From Owenia fusiformis (lineage: Eukaryota): a DNA stretch of 64,000 nucleotides. Location of the stretch: positions 15,872,001-15,936,000 of the forward strand of contig CAIIXF020000001.1 of NCBI GenBank assembly GCA_903813345.2. Direction: 5' to 3'. Of the stretch, positions 1 through 24,900 are shown piece by piece. The notes beneath the pieces are model-generated. The model worked only from the letters and a program-made list of their open reading frames with translations. It did not search any database and was not told where the DNA came from. Position numbers and translations under genes: made by a program. Position 1 is the stretch's first letter; every line of letters begins with the position of its first letter.

Positions 1-3000
1 GTGTATCTTGTTGTTTACTCTTTCCGGTCTTCTTTTTCTTTGCTTGAGCTTTGGAGCGACATTTTGCAGCAGATTTGTCCAAAACTTCTTTCATAATTTG
101 GCTTATTTCATTAATATGAATTTGGTCTTCCGAATTGACGTTTGCATTTGATTGTTTTTTCCTAATTTTTTCATTCAATATTTGAATTATTTTCTTCGTT
201 GAATCTGAAGGTTTCTTGTCATCGTCGCTCTCTCTGTTGAGCTCATCGGTTACGGAGTTGTTGTTCTCTTCTATAGTGGTATCTACCATATTATCAAGAA
301 TCGGTGGAATGTCTGAGTCGGAATCATCATTAGTAGAAGAATATGATGGGAGCATTGCGAAATCATCATTTTGGAATTCATCCAAAGTTTCATGTTCCTT
401 ACTGGGTGTACCGATCGTTGTCCGAGTGAATGTTTCTGATGAAGTTGACTGATCAACGAAATCTAGTTGAGGTGGTTCCTGGCTAAATGATGCAGATGCC
501 AGCGTCGCAGTCGGTTCTACATTATGTCCTTGTTGAGTTGAAGACACCTGATTGGGTACTACTCCTTCTACTATTTGATTGTCACCGGGATAATAAGTGA
601 TGTGTTGTGATGGATACACGTCGTTTTTCACTGGCGATTTATAATCTTCATTCTGGTGGGTTGAGGTGTGAGTCAGGTTTTTATTACTTCCCGTTGTCTC
701 ATGGACGCCGTTGTGTTGAGACGTTGATAAATCTGATAGCTGTTCTTTTGGCTCCGTGCTAGTTGTCGGGCTCTTTTGAGGACTGTCGGCCAGAGAAAAC
801 TAAAAATATACGAGATCAGTTAATGTCACGACCTTTCGAATCAAGGCCATTGCTGAAAAAAGCATAGCCTGCCAATGATGAATTATACTTCTATTGATCT
901 ACACGATGTTTTACTTAACAAAACCCTACTTGGCTTGATTTAAAAATGCTACAAAATTAGAGTGACCATACAATTCGGCATACAAGACTTCAAATTTCGT
1001 ATCAATTAAATTTATTATTTCTGCATAGAATGGCCCACCCTCAAAAAGTTTAATTGAAATTCAGAAGTGTCACATGCACGATATCTATAGAAGCAATTGT
1101 AAAACTATAGAGCACAAGTGTCAGTAAATGGTCTGGTGATAACACGCGATTGTTCACAGGGCATAGCTGTTCGAACTCTTTTACTTTCCCCTTCAGTCAT
1201 ATTGCGAAAGTATACAGCCGAGGAAAAACAGGCATTCAAATATACCCATCAGGTATCATCTTTAAAATAATGTTTCTCTTTTTCGTAATGTTCTTGTGAA
1301 TCTAATTTTGACTACCTGTACGTTTGTCGAAGTGGATTTATTAGAATTGCTGCTTTCGCTATTGGTGAAGTATTCTTCAACATTCGGGGCGTCGCCTGTG
1401 TTATAAGCTCCGTCGGCTCTTTCGTCCTTCCGTCTCCCAACATTCCTACAATATAATAAACCATAAAAATAATCATATTTATATTGTCATCTTCATATCT
1501 ATAATGGGCAGAGATAAATATGGCAAACGGAATAATTAATAGTGTTTATAATTCCAACTTATTTTGTAACGTCAATTGATGTCGAATTAACTCGACACAA
1601 AGCGACATCTTCAATCAAATTGTTTTGATATAAATGTCGAGATTTTGTTATAAGTAAAGAAACATGCGTTTGTTTACCCAGGATTATTTGGGAAATCTTG
1701 GTATTTATCCCTGATTTTAATATCACTGCGGTCTATTGCTGGTAAGTTGTGGTACTCATGGAGTAGTGCAAGGGCTGATGCATGCTCGTCCCCGTTGATC
1801 GCAGTTGTGGCTGCTGTCAGGGGATGTCCAAAGAATGCCTTGAGATCCTGTGGTACCTCCTCTTTTCCACATGGTCGCAGTATTGATTCATGGTCAGATG
1901 TCACTTCATTGCTGAAAAAAGAATTTTCCACAATAGAGATTTGGAAATAAATTCTAAAAAAAAAATTGAGGTATAAATTGGGCATGGCTAATAATATAAC
2001 TAATAAAAATGTTCATCTCAAGTTTTTAAAGACCTAATATTATGTTGATCGTAGTATCAATAAAGATACACCGTGCCCTGAGATAGAATTCGCGAACTGC
2101 CGGTTTAACCTACTTTTCTATGGCAACTCATTTAAATATGAATGGAGTAGTGGCATCTCTTGAAAGCCGATGGTTCTATTCATATTTAAATGATTTTGTC
2201 ATATGATAGTAGGTTACTCCGCCAGCCGTCAGCCGGCAGTTAAATCCCCGAATGCTACCTAAGTTTCAGTATCTTTTAAAGAACTAAAATCTGACTATTG
2301 TAAAGAGTAACGAAATATAGTAGAATTGCGAAAAAATGAAAAACACTAGGCCTATTGAAAGGGTGAACAATGGCTTGATTCAAGATTGAAGTGCCTTTAG
2401 TGTAAGGATCGTGTTTAGGATTAATGTATTGTATTAAGGTGGACAATGCCGGACAACGTTGTATGGTATGCGAATGGAGTGAAACTGTCAAAACATTATT
2501 GTACTTATATATCACAAAATGTACACAGGTTCATTGCGATCGTGATTCCCTAGTACTGTATAACGCACCATATAATGATAGAAACCGAGGTGCATAAAAA
2601 TCTCAAAAATAATCAGTAATGCCTTGGTCACATTTTGCTCCGATTTTCAAAATACAACATATTCAATCGCCCGGGTGCCTTAGTGAAAATCGGAGCAAAT
2701 GTGACCAAGGCATTATTCAAATTAAACGTAACACTTTGGCTGTTCACACATCCCTATGTGTATGTGTACTCCAGATGTATCTATACAATCATCTATCGAG
2801 TTTGGCTTACTTACAACCGTCCAACGCTCCAGTGACTTCATTTAAAGGCTGGTATAAAAATAGGCCATATTGAACACAGTCACCCATTCATTAATGTTTA
2901 CTATGTGACTACATATGCTAAGTTTTGATTGATAAAAATAACGAGGGTTTAATGTCTATTCTCTATCACTAATTGTGATTTTCCTTTGATGATTTACTGT

Positions 3001-3491
3001 CTTTGATTAGATACATGTATCATTAGCATTGCCTTATTGCGTAAGTTTACCTATAATTATTCCGGCCATAAATTGGTCAATCAACACTGCATGAGTCAAA
3101 ATAAGGGTGTGGCAAATCTAACTAATTTCTATCAATTAGAAAAGTTTTGATAAAAACTATACTGTTTTACTAAACCAGCATTGATAAAGACCACGTGTCA
3201 TAACAATAGGAAACTGACTGGCCTACCTTTCGCCCCGGGAAGAGCTCTGAGCACTCATTATTCCGTCCAAAACCCGTCCAACTGGTTCCACCCTCCTAAT
3301 GTATTGTTGGCATAAACCGGTCCTCTCAAAACTGGTTGACTCACACAAAGCCGCTCGATAAATAAGACCCCTCGCTATTTCATTTATGTGAATAAGCCGG
3401 TTTTAGGTATAAACATTTATTTGAACATACTTAAATGATCAAATAAGAATATAATGCCGTATAACCGGAGTAAACTTACGATGTTTTCCAT
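1..3491 (-). CDS. Uncharacterised multi-exon gene, 5' part only; low-complexity Ser/Thr/Asp/Asn-rich protein, continues past the left edge
   Basis: Exons 3491-3480 (MENI), 3295-3227, 2848-2811, 1911-1678, 1445-1316 and 799-1. All have GT-AG boundaries and compatible phases (0,0,2,2,0). The last exon is open for 266 codons to the window edge. No domain recognised. Confidence 0.72.
2082..2259. mobile_element. Short palindromic MITE-like element
   Basis: Imperfect inverted arms: aacctact...catttaaatatgaat versus attcatatttaaatg...agtaggtt, and ctgccgg versus ccggcag. Confidence 0.5.
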
Positions 3492-4963
3492 GAGTATATT
3501 CACGTCCGTTCAGTTTTCATAAGCGCGATGAATAATCGAATCAATTTTGACAAAAATATGAATATTATCTTACTTTTCGCCCTGTAGAACAATGATATGA
3601 GACACGTTATTCATATAATCAATTAATTTATTGTAAAAAATACAACCACATGTCTGAATATCAAATAGTTTGAAAATAAGTAGGTGATGTATTAAAATTC
3701 AATGAAATGTACATTATAATAGCCGAAATGGCAGAAGACGTCTTTATATAGATAAATCATATTTCAAAAGCAGTGGATGAGTGAATTAGTCAATGCTTAT
3801 TAGTGACGATATTTAGCATTTAAAGTCGGTAAGCTTTCCGTAAACATAATGTTTGACAAACATGACCATAGCTATAGCCCAACCCATAGACCATTTCCTC
3901 TTCATTTATATAATATAGCATTAGAAAATATTTAATCAAGAATTAAATCAAATGTGTCTAAAATCAGGAGCATGGATCTTTTATTTCTGATAGGTCATCG
4001 AAATCGGCCTCCTATTAATTTTGTCTATATAATTTTATTATCATCATTCATTTTTATTGGGAGGTCTTTTATATACCTTTCAGGACGATAGGCTCCCTTT
4101 GGCACCATAATTTTTATTTATATACATCGATGAAATGATAATATCTCCAGTTCTATTCAGTATTTTTACACCAAATTTTGACTAGTTGTTCTAATACGAT
4201 AGTCCTTACTAAAAATGTATTTCAGTGATAAAATTCAAGGTATAGGTCCCTGGGCATAGGTAATTTTCAGTTTTCCCCTAAAAACTGCTCTTACTTATCC
4301 GTCATCAGGGCCAACATTTTCCTCTTATATTCACGTCGGGAAATGTAACCATTGTAATGGTCTTTCTATTAATGTTACAGTATTATTTATTTATTTGTTT
4401 TTTATCAATTTATATATTTATTTGTTTTTATCATTGGGAGGTCTCAACGAATGTCCTTTCGGTTTTTTATATAACTTATTTTGATTCAACTTTGAGTCAG
4501 ATTGGTAAGAAAACTTCTAGAGAGGACTCGGTACAGATAAAGAAAAATGTTGACGTAAATGGTCTTCTGCTGTTACAGTATATACTGGATGGGCAATAAA
4601 AAATGGGATACGTATCAATTTTAGAATTATTACGATCACACAGATAAACACGGTAAATAAAATTCATTAAAATGGTTACATGTCTAATATGCCTCTCTAT
4701 CTGTGATAATCAATCTCAGAAAAGTCATTACTGAATAGGGTATGCCTTGTGAAAGTTTTGCAACCATTCACAGGTCATTCGAACCTTAATTTGTTTCCAT
4801 AAACAATGCTTATGATCAAGCTATGATCATAAAGTAGTTCCGTTTTTGAAATACTTCAAATACCCGATCAGCTTCCAGTGGCGGATCAAGGGGGGGGGGG
4901 GGGGCATGGGGCGGAATATCAGCCATATCCACCCGTATCACAAATACTGCACAACTAGGCCTA

Positions 4964-5837
4964 CACTCCCCTCCATAAGTTTGGCAACCTTTTTTCCCCC
5001 ATTGAACTACGTGTTAAAGCCTCTTTACCTTTGAATTTTTATTTACTTAACCTGCGATGAAAATAATTATACTATTGATGGAAACGTAATTTGACTTTAA
5101 TTCCAATACCTCAAAATCCTCACAATTTTTTTCCTCAATTACATTAGGTCGAAAATTGATGATAAATTTGATGAATTTTTGAAAATCGACATTCCCATGT
5201 TAACCAATGGGAAATGGTAGGTTTGCCGCAAGTCATATGACAGAATATCCATCTATCCGAGTCCTTGCAAAAATACGAGTTAGGCAGGCAGTTGAATTTG
5301 CTAACTTTATTTAACAAAAAATGATATGTTTCTTCAGGTTCAACAAAGTTATAGGGCTTTACAGTCAAAATTGTTTTTCAAAAAAACTCTCCCATTGAAA
5401 TAAAACAGGAGGCGAAAAATTATTTTCAAAAATGACTTTGAAGTGTAACTTTAATATTCATCAAATAAACGAAACACTTAGTGTTCAAAAAAGTTAGACA
5501 ATCCAATTTTCTATATAAAAATATTTTTTGCTGAATCTTTTACTGAACTTGAAGATATCCTGATTTCTGGTTTGGCCCGAACCCTCCATTTTCCATTGGA
5601 TTACATGGGAATGACGATTTTCAAAAGTTCATCAAATTTATCATCAATTTCGACCTATTGTAATTGAGGAAAAAAATTGAGAAAATTTGGAGGTATTGGA
5701 AATAAAGTCAAGTTACGTTTCCATCAATAGTATAAGTTATCATATCGCCGGTTAAGTAAATAGAAATTCAAACGTAAAGAGGCTTTAACACGTAGTTCAA
5801 TGGGGGGAAAAGGTTGCCAAACTTATGGAGGGGAGTG
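4964..5837. mobile_element. Non-autonomous Tc1/mariner-type element (MITE) with TIRs of about 260 bp and TA target site
   Basis: ta|cactcccctccataagtttggcaacc... at 4964 is mirrored by ...ggttgccaaacttatggaggggagtg|ta at 5837. Inverted similarity spans about 4964-5225 versus 5575-5837. No transposase ORF. Confidence 0.88.
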
Positions 5838-6141
5838 TATGAATGTATGAATGTATCACTTGCCATCATGATTCCGCGTAACACCTATCTTCCTGTTAAG
5901 ATGAAACGGGATTGTGTAATTTACCAGCCCCAGCCTGGGTGGATTTCGAACTAAGATTTAAGCAGTGATAGAGCGAGTTTAAACGTTTCAATGGGAGATA
6001 TCTTGATTTGTGTCCACCCCGGGATATCTCCAAAATCAAATTCGTTCTTTGCGTACCCCAGGCATGATTGCTCTGAACGAAATGCTTGTGATACCCTGAA
6101 ATAAATACGTGGCGTCTCTTTAGTTCTTCAAAATTGAAGGT

Positions 6142-6155
6142 TCGTCCTAGCGACG
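6142..6155. promoter_or_regulatory. Possible RFX X-box variant just upstream of the RSPH10B start codon
   Basis: tcgtcctagcgacg resembles the X-box GTTGCCTAGCAAC (one good half-site). RFX control of ciliary genes is established, but this site is an inference. Confidence 0.3.
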
Positions 6156-6166
6156 AAAAGCAAAAA

Positions 6167-16756
<10,590 letters not shown>

Positions 16757-16812
16757 ATTATCACTAGGTTTTGAGAAATAATGATTTTGAGTGAATGTCT
16801 GGTAAGTTTAAG

Positions 16813-16818
16813 AATAAA
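16813..16818 (+). other. Polyadenylation signal for RSPH10B
   Basis: AATAAA about 57 nt after the stop codon, followed by a GT/T-rich tract. Confidence 0.6.
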
Positions 16819-17029
16819 GAATGTGATTTAATATTTTGTGTTTATAGTTTACATATATATACATGCACAATAAATTATTCAGCCATATTACTGTTTTTGG
16901 TTGTTATAAATCATTACTTAGTCTTGTACCTGTTATAAAGTATCGAATGTCCATGAAACAAGGACGCACAAAAAATCTTATTAGATTGAAATAAAAAACA
17001 AACAGGACATGTTTTACTACATACAAGCA

Positions 17030-17035
17030 TTTATT
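17030..17035 (-). other. Candidate polyadenylation signal for the PDE10 gene (3' UTR of about 1.9 kb)
   Basis: AATAAA on the minus strand followed by a GU/U-rich tract (tgtcctgtttgtttttt). Confidence 0.4.
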
Positions 17036-18900
17036 GCTTAAAGTATTCACATAATACACTTACATGTACGAACAAATAACGATTTTGAGTCTGTTTAATT
17101 GGCAATGTAGAATGATCTAGAATACTAAGTACTCCAATCCTTGTTTCTCACAGATGTTCACAAATATTCAGATGTATGTTTTCCTTGTAAAGTACTTAAT
17201 ATTTCAACAGGCATTAAGTTGCACAACACTAAAGTTGTACAGTTGAGTTGAGTATTGGACAGTATTTGGGAGGCATTATGCCTCATGTCATGTGTTGGAA
17301 CACTTGAACACACCAATCTGGATAATTATAACATACATTCATGATAACCAAAATATATTGGATATGTCCAGATAACATTATGTACCAACAATACAACATA
17401 ATTGAAAAAAATGTAAAATTAAGAAAAATTGTTGAACATATACATATGATACCAAGTAAGATCTGGAAAGAAAGGGGGGGATAATTAACTGGTGACTTTT
17501 TGACCAAAATGCACAATGAACTCTACCTTACTATAGAATATACTAAAGTGTCACTAAGACTCCATACATTTCAGTAAATATTCCGGAGTTTGGTAAAAGT
17601 GACATAAAGGGACTCCACAAATAAATAAGCACTTACTTTTCTGTTAGAATATTGCACAGCCAAAACATGAGGCATGGAGGGGGGGGGGGCATGATATTAT
17701 TACAGTTACCGGTCGGGTACATTATTAATGTTACACAATGAATACATTGTATTACGGAATTCAAGTCAATATAAAACTTGTCATATTAGAGAAATGTATG
17801 ACTCAAAACCATTTTCTTTCCAGATGGTACCACTCTTTAACTTTTTACATTGTATTGGAAACATGAACAAGTGCGTCAATGGCAGACTATACCATTTAAA
17901 TAAATATCTTAGAAATAACATCATAATATTAAACAAATACATGAACTGTACAACTATGGGAATAAGAACAATTCCATATGTATCCAATCAAGCCTGATAC
18001 TACCAGTAAATTATGACGCATTATAACATTACAAAGCTTAATACGTCATCAGTATTGAGGATATAAATTAAACTTTGGAATTTTAAAAGATAACAAGATT
18101 TCATATCATACGAGCATCTGCAGATATCAATGCAGTGCGAAATGAAAGAGGTAGAGAGCAGCTTGTTTTGTACACGGTTTTGTAAATGGAGGTTATGAAT
18201 TCTATACAATGTATTGTACACGTTACACAAAATAGAAAGAATACATCATGTACAGGTACAAAGGCATTTCATTTTTAGGCAAAACATCTCATATATCCAC
18301 CCCTGCTCATTTATAAAACAATAAATTAAAATATACAACATCTCACATATACTCTCTCATATTTACAATTCGGGGATACACTATTGCAATGCCTATTCAT
18401 TCATTCAAAATAATTGCAGTATAATTGTTTCTGGTTCCACTTTGAGGGTCAGAATTGTGTATTAATTGCAATGACTTATTTGGTTGCACTAATAATATGA
18501 TATATGGTTTAACAACAAATGCCTTTTTATGTTATTATTTTCTTAACAACAGGACATGACATAACAAAAACCATTTACACATAAATACGTAGATTTTTCC
18601 ACATTTTAGGGTATATCCACTTTAATTTGTTCAGAATAGGTTTTTTATATTTTCATATTTGATATTAAGTTTGAAAAATAATATTTTGATCGGTCTTTGT
18701 AGTTTTTCTCTTAATTTGGGCCGAATAAAATAATTTGATATTTTGTTGATGTTTAGGCAAATTTATCATTTTGATCAATATAGCTCATCACAAATTATAT
18801 GCTTTTGATCACTGTTCTTTCAAATTCCCTGATAAAACATGCTTTTTGATGATACACACTGGTTTTGGCCGATGTGGGCTTTAAATTTGACTTAATGAGA

Positions 18901-21900
18901 TTAATCTTTTTTGTTTTCTATTGCTTTGGCACCGTTCTCAGTCTCTTTCTTTAACTTCTCTTCTTCCTTTTGTTTCTGTTCATCTACTAAAACCTTCCAT
19001 TGTTTTAAATTAGTGCTGCAAGAAAAATTACCATCAGTTAAAAAATGAAGTTTGTAATGTGTCATATTACTTGATAAACACTTAAACAATTTAATATTAT
19101 CATAAACATCTGGAAAATCAGATTACTCCTTTTAATTTTAGATAAAGACTATTTGAAAAATAAAGTTTCCTTATCATGTAAAAATTACTACTTCTACTTT
19201 GTTCGATGAAAAAAAGAGTTATTACTCTTGTCTCATATGGGTACAATCTTTTTGGGACACCCTGTATATGAATTCATGTAATTGGCGTTTTGTTCTGTTC
19301 AAGTTGATTTGATCATGTTTCCCTTTCTACTGTGTCATTAAGAAAATTCCAGTTTCAATGGCAGTAATAACATCAAAGGGGATTCTCAACAATCTTGCAT
19401 TCAAATCAGATTTGTCCTTTTAAAATAGTTTGTAGATATTTATTCGGAAGTCTGATTTTAAAAAGCATATTGTTTTGATAGTTCCGTATTATCTAAGTAA
19501 TGCAAGTTGAGAAGTTTTATTGCTTATCATGCTTATTGAAGGTAACTGTAAAAACTTACTTAGCTCCATCCACCATTGGTTGTGTACCTGGTAGTAGGTT
19601 GGCCAGGAGCTCATAACATGGTAGGCATATGCCAACAATGAAGCCCACCTAAAATACAAGCACGGACATTAAAAAACAAATACAAATACACAAAACTAAT
19701 TTCTTATAATATTTTGTTCAAGTGGATGCATCTGAAGCATTTTAGATTCTGTTCTGACAATTTATTAGTGTTAGAATATAATCAATTGATGCATATACGT
19801 TTCAATTACATACGTTTTCCTTCCAAAAGTTTGTATTCTAAGTAATTGTTAACGTAATTTTATTCATTAGTAATAGCAATCTTAAGCAATTAATCCATTC
19901 TATTCACACTTTTAATTAGTTGTGCAAAGAGTGATTGCGGAAATGCATACGTGTTCGTCTTCTGTTAAAAAGATTGCTTGGAATGCAGGGAATTCGTTTC
20001 CTCATGACCGTTGTACTATATCTAGTAGATGTTCTCTTTGTCTTTACCTTAATGGTATGTGACACTTAATTAGGACAGTTCTTGGCTTATCTTAAGGTGG
20101 ATTCCGGTTATGGCATTGACCCGGGGTATTGATGGTTCAGAAAAAGGAATCAAAACCTGCCTAAGATTTCTCCTGATAACCACTGTGAATGATTGTGTTT
20201 TATTGTGAATACTAGTACATATATCTAGAACTATTCCTTATGTGAAGATCACTGTATTGTTTGTTTATAACTAGACTCTGCGCGCAGGGTAGAGTATTGC
20301 TCGTCATTTCTAATTTATTCTTCAACCTGCAATTCTGCATTGCAAGGATCCGCAGTATGAAAGAAATGTTACTTGGTTTTGTGGTCTTAGATTGTGATAA
20401 CCGTTCCAGAATGATAGGGACGGATGTATGACCCATTGTTGCTGTTGTTGAATTTTGTGTATTTTTGCCACAGAAAAAGTGAAATTTAAAATGTAAGTTA
20501 GCTAGAGTGACATACTTGTCGTTTTCTTATTTCCGCATATGTATGATTGTAATTTTAGTGATCTCACTTATGTATCGTTGTGAAGTCCGAAAATAGCACT
20601 GATCGAATCCGAGCACTTATTTTATCTTAAAAAGTGTATAGTAAAAGCACTAAATCTATTTTACATTGGTTCTTAAGTTTATTTGCCATAAATTGTTAAT
20701 ATATAGCTAGTTAGTAATTAAATAGTAATTTTAAGCAATAAAACCAACATATTCACACTATCAATTAGTCGTGCAGAGAAAATACAAATTAGTATGTGTT
20801 CCACTTCTGATAGAAAGATACGTATCAATTTCTATCTCTCTAGTTTATATCCAAATATTAGTAATACCGCTTGCTAAAAGTTGCAATATTTTAAAATAGC
20901 CTATAAGCCAATTATGTGGCCATATATCGACCCCAGTATGTTGCTCTTGAGCAGGATTATTTGGTGCACAAATTTTAGATTTTGTATGGTGGTTAGTAAT
21001 TCACACTGGCACTCTTATCATAAAATCCTCCCAGAAAAGAGCACGTGAGACAGTGAGAAGTATACCTCCATCATCGGTAACTCATCTGATTTAGTCCGAT
21101 CCATCATTGTTATTGGTGTTTGACCCTGATTCTTTTCCTCATCGCCCTGACAATGTATAACCCAATCAAATTGTTTTAAACTCAATGTGATGACTACAGC
21201 ACCACATATACTTGTAAATAACATCATGTGTATCGATCATGATGCACTCACATCTTCGACCAGTTGAAAAAACTAAACAGTAGTCATCGGTCAACTGAAA
21301 CATTGGTCAACTGAAAGACCTAAACAGTAGTCATTGGTGAACAACATGCATTCATAGTACGAATACTACACATCTGCTTTGGTCGACCACAAATTACAAT
21401 TATATTTTGGTAATTATAACATGTTAGTCTCATTGAAGTCGAACAAAAGCAAATGGTAATATTTATAACGATCACTGTATCATCTACCTGACTCTGCGGT
21501 AGCTCATGGGCTTTGTCTCGATCCATCATTGGAATGGGTTGGTTTCCTTGTGCCTTCTCTTCATCACCCTATATAATAATATGATTAGTACGACATAGTA
21601 TTGTCTTTATATCTAGTAATTATACTTTTAAACATTGTAAATTGTGATTTCTGAAAGGAGGAACACTTTAAAAATCAAAATCAAGTCTTTATCATGCATG
21701 TAGTGAAGAAAATTGAAATACAAACAAAAATAATTGACAGCCTTTAATATTTCATTTCAGGAATGCATGACTAACTTTCACAATGTCTGGTTTTTAATAC
21801 AAGTATAGAAGTGGATTAATTTTGTCTGCGATATTGTTCTTCAAACATAATGCCTGTCGTTCTGTACCACTGTACATAAATATGTGTCAAATGAAATACA

Positions 21901-24900
21901 CGTTTTAAATACACTGAAACATTAACAGCACCATCGTATAGCAGCCTACAACTGAACACAACACAGCAACTACGTATACACACAATATTTCTGTTCGGTT
22001 GCACATTTATCTAACCTGCACATGCAAGAATGTATGGCCATTCAAAACGCTTTGCGTTTTTGTATTTAAAAAATCAAGATTTGTCAGACTTACGTCATGA
22101 AACGTACATTGAGATTAAAACAATTTCAAATAATTTGACAGTTGGTGCAGATTTAACAAAATGCTAGCAACAGTCCTGTTACCTTTGGAACACACTTTAT
22201 GTTTACGAGTTCTTTGATCCCTAAATTTTAAACACAATCATGCAGAACTTTTTGAATGGCTCCAGCATATCACTCAAAAAAGGAATATCAATATAACAAT
22301 AAGATTGCACTTAGAAGTCAATTAATTTAAAGTTCACATACTACAGAAAATGATGTATTTTGTTCAGTAACCCATCCCCATGATACAGCAATTTTGCATT
22401 TTGCGCCCATGCTCATCTTAGATATCAGATAGTTTTATGCAAAATATACGAAAATAAACGTTTCACTATCAAATAAGAAGATCTGTCTTTAATACCTACG
22501 TTTCTTATACTACACTGTTTTAACTATAAATGGTCAATACACATCTATTACATATAAAGCAAACCTGGCACCAAAATTCCTCCATAATAATAAGGACAAG
22601 TTGCTTCTGTAGGTCCCATGGCTTGTACATTGAGCAAAGATCAGCTGCTGTCATGCTGATACCCATTAGCAATTTTCTAGAAGCAGGTACAACATGGATA
22701 CAACATAACTAAATCATTAACTACATGGTTCTAACAACAAAAAACAGAAAATATCTCCTGAAATACCTCCTGTTGAAGAACCACAATTTTTGTTACGTCG
22801 AGTCAGTATTGACATTGTTCTGATTCCTATTCGCAAATCGCTCGAGTGCTTTTTGAGGTTATTGTGGATTTTAGCAAGGTGCTATTTTTAAGTTTTATTT
22901 TAGATTTAAAGTGTGCGCCAAAGTTTAAAACTGCGCAGGCGCACCGCTCTCGCTAACCTATATAAAGCGATTACCGAGTACAGGCTTCAGAGGTAAGCCA
23001 GGAAGGTGAACAATCTTCGTTCCGTGTTGATTCCCCGTATAATCGTAACCAAGTAAGTTTCACCATTGAAATTAAAAATTACTATTAGATATAATTTGTA
23101 GATGTTATTTATGAAGCTATTGAGTGTATGCATCAATCAAATGGCTCATTTTAAACATATCAAAAGTATTTGTGTTTTGTTTCCCAGGGAATTGTATTCC
23201 CATATAGTACACACATAAATAGTGTACATTATGTACTTGAATAGCCTGGTTTACATAAATTGAAGGGCATGCTGATTACATGCACACGAGTACATGAATG
23301 AAGGCCTGATATTGATATAGCTTGCATACCTAAACAAAAAATAAACTCTTCTAATCCCCTAATGTAAACACGGCGGTATACGTAGCCCGATTTATCGGGG
23401 GCTTTAAGGACACCTGTTTAACTCTATTATAACTTTACAATTTCCAAGGGATTTAACCAAATTTTGAAGAAAGCATCAAGAAATGTGATATTACAGTATC
23501 AACGTATTAAAAACAGTGGTTCTGCAACAGAAGATAAAACCGTAACGGGAGGTATTTAGAATTTTTGGTTTGACACTAAAAATGTGTACAGTAAATAAGT
23601 GAGGAAATGTAACCAGAGCAAGACAAACAGTGTATGTGCGTTGCAGGGTGAACTAATATTTTTTGAGTTATTTGAATGTGGATATTTTGTATGTGGCCAT
23701 TGCGATGTCTCTGGTCATCATCATCTGTGAATTTCGAAACAGATATACCGTAAAACAGGAATTCCTTCAAACAGCCACTATATTGTATATGCATACGTTA
23801 AAGCGGATGATTAATTTTCAGAGTTTAACAGTTCATTCGCATTTTCCATACACATTTCCAAATTTGATATCACAAATCATATTTTGCTTGCCATTACAAC
23901 CACCCACTCTCTGAAAATTCCCATTATACATCGATCCCACCAATATTTACCCATTGCAATGTATACTATTACCATTTTATTGCAAATTGATTTCCAATTT
24001 TAAGTTTTATGATACGCCTTCTCAAACCGAAATGACCGAGGATCGATTAGAATAGGCGACTCATTTATTGGGATACCCAGTAGGCTTACCCTGTACATGT
24101 ACAATATAATAAGACTATTCCATCGGCTGTCTTTTCATAAGAAAACGCATGTATTTGGTGATCTCCAAAGGATGCACATTCTGTGACAAAGGCGTAGTAA
24201 TATATAATATTCACATAGATACTCAAAGATCTCTGCAATATGATTATGATACATTATTTGTCTGGCTCAGATTACCATGAATATATAAACTTATAACAAA
24301 TACAATGGTTGCAACTGAGACAACTATTTGTAACAGCATACCAAGCAAGTAAAAGAGTCGAGTTTAGCAATTGATGAAAAGCATGGGATGAAGTAATGTT
24401 TGTGCCTATAACCAATAATGAAAAAGTGGGTATGTATTTACTGATATTGTAAGACATGATTTACCATTGCATATAAAAATCTAATGAAACCATGCTTCCA
24501 CGGCGCTAGATGGCACTGACCTACCAACTAAGTGTAACTAGGGACATATCAACGTTCATAGGGTTGTCCAAATAAGTCGATTACAAAAACATACATATAC
24601 ACGCCGCACTAAACACTGATTATAAGACATTGCACAAGTTCACAAAATAAAATGTAAATATGACTCTCTGTTGTGTTGTTCTGTTTGTTTTGGTTTGGTA
24701 ATTTGATTAACCATTTCACCACAGCACATTTATATTAACATTCATGACAAGGAGGTCGAGATGAGACATTTGAACATACAGCGTAGGATTATTTGAAGTT
24801 TGGCCACCGTTAAAACTATTTCGAGCACAAAAATGAGGAAATTGAATTCAAATGGTCATACCACGCATCATAATATGAAAAACACCAATTGCAGTGTTCT

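Noticed and set aside
216-452. Plus-strand Ser-rich ORF
   Set aside because: Antisense shadow of the long minus-strand exon 799-1.
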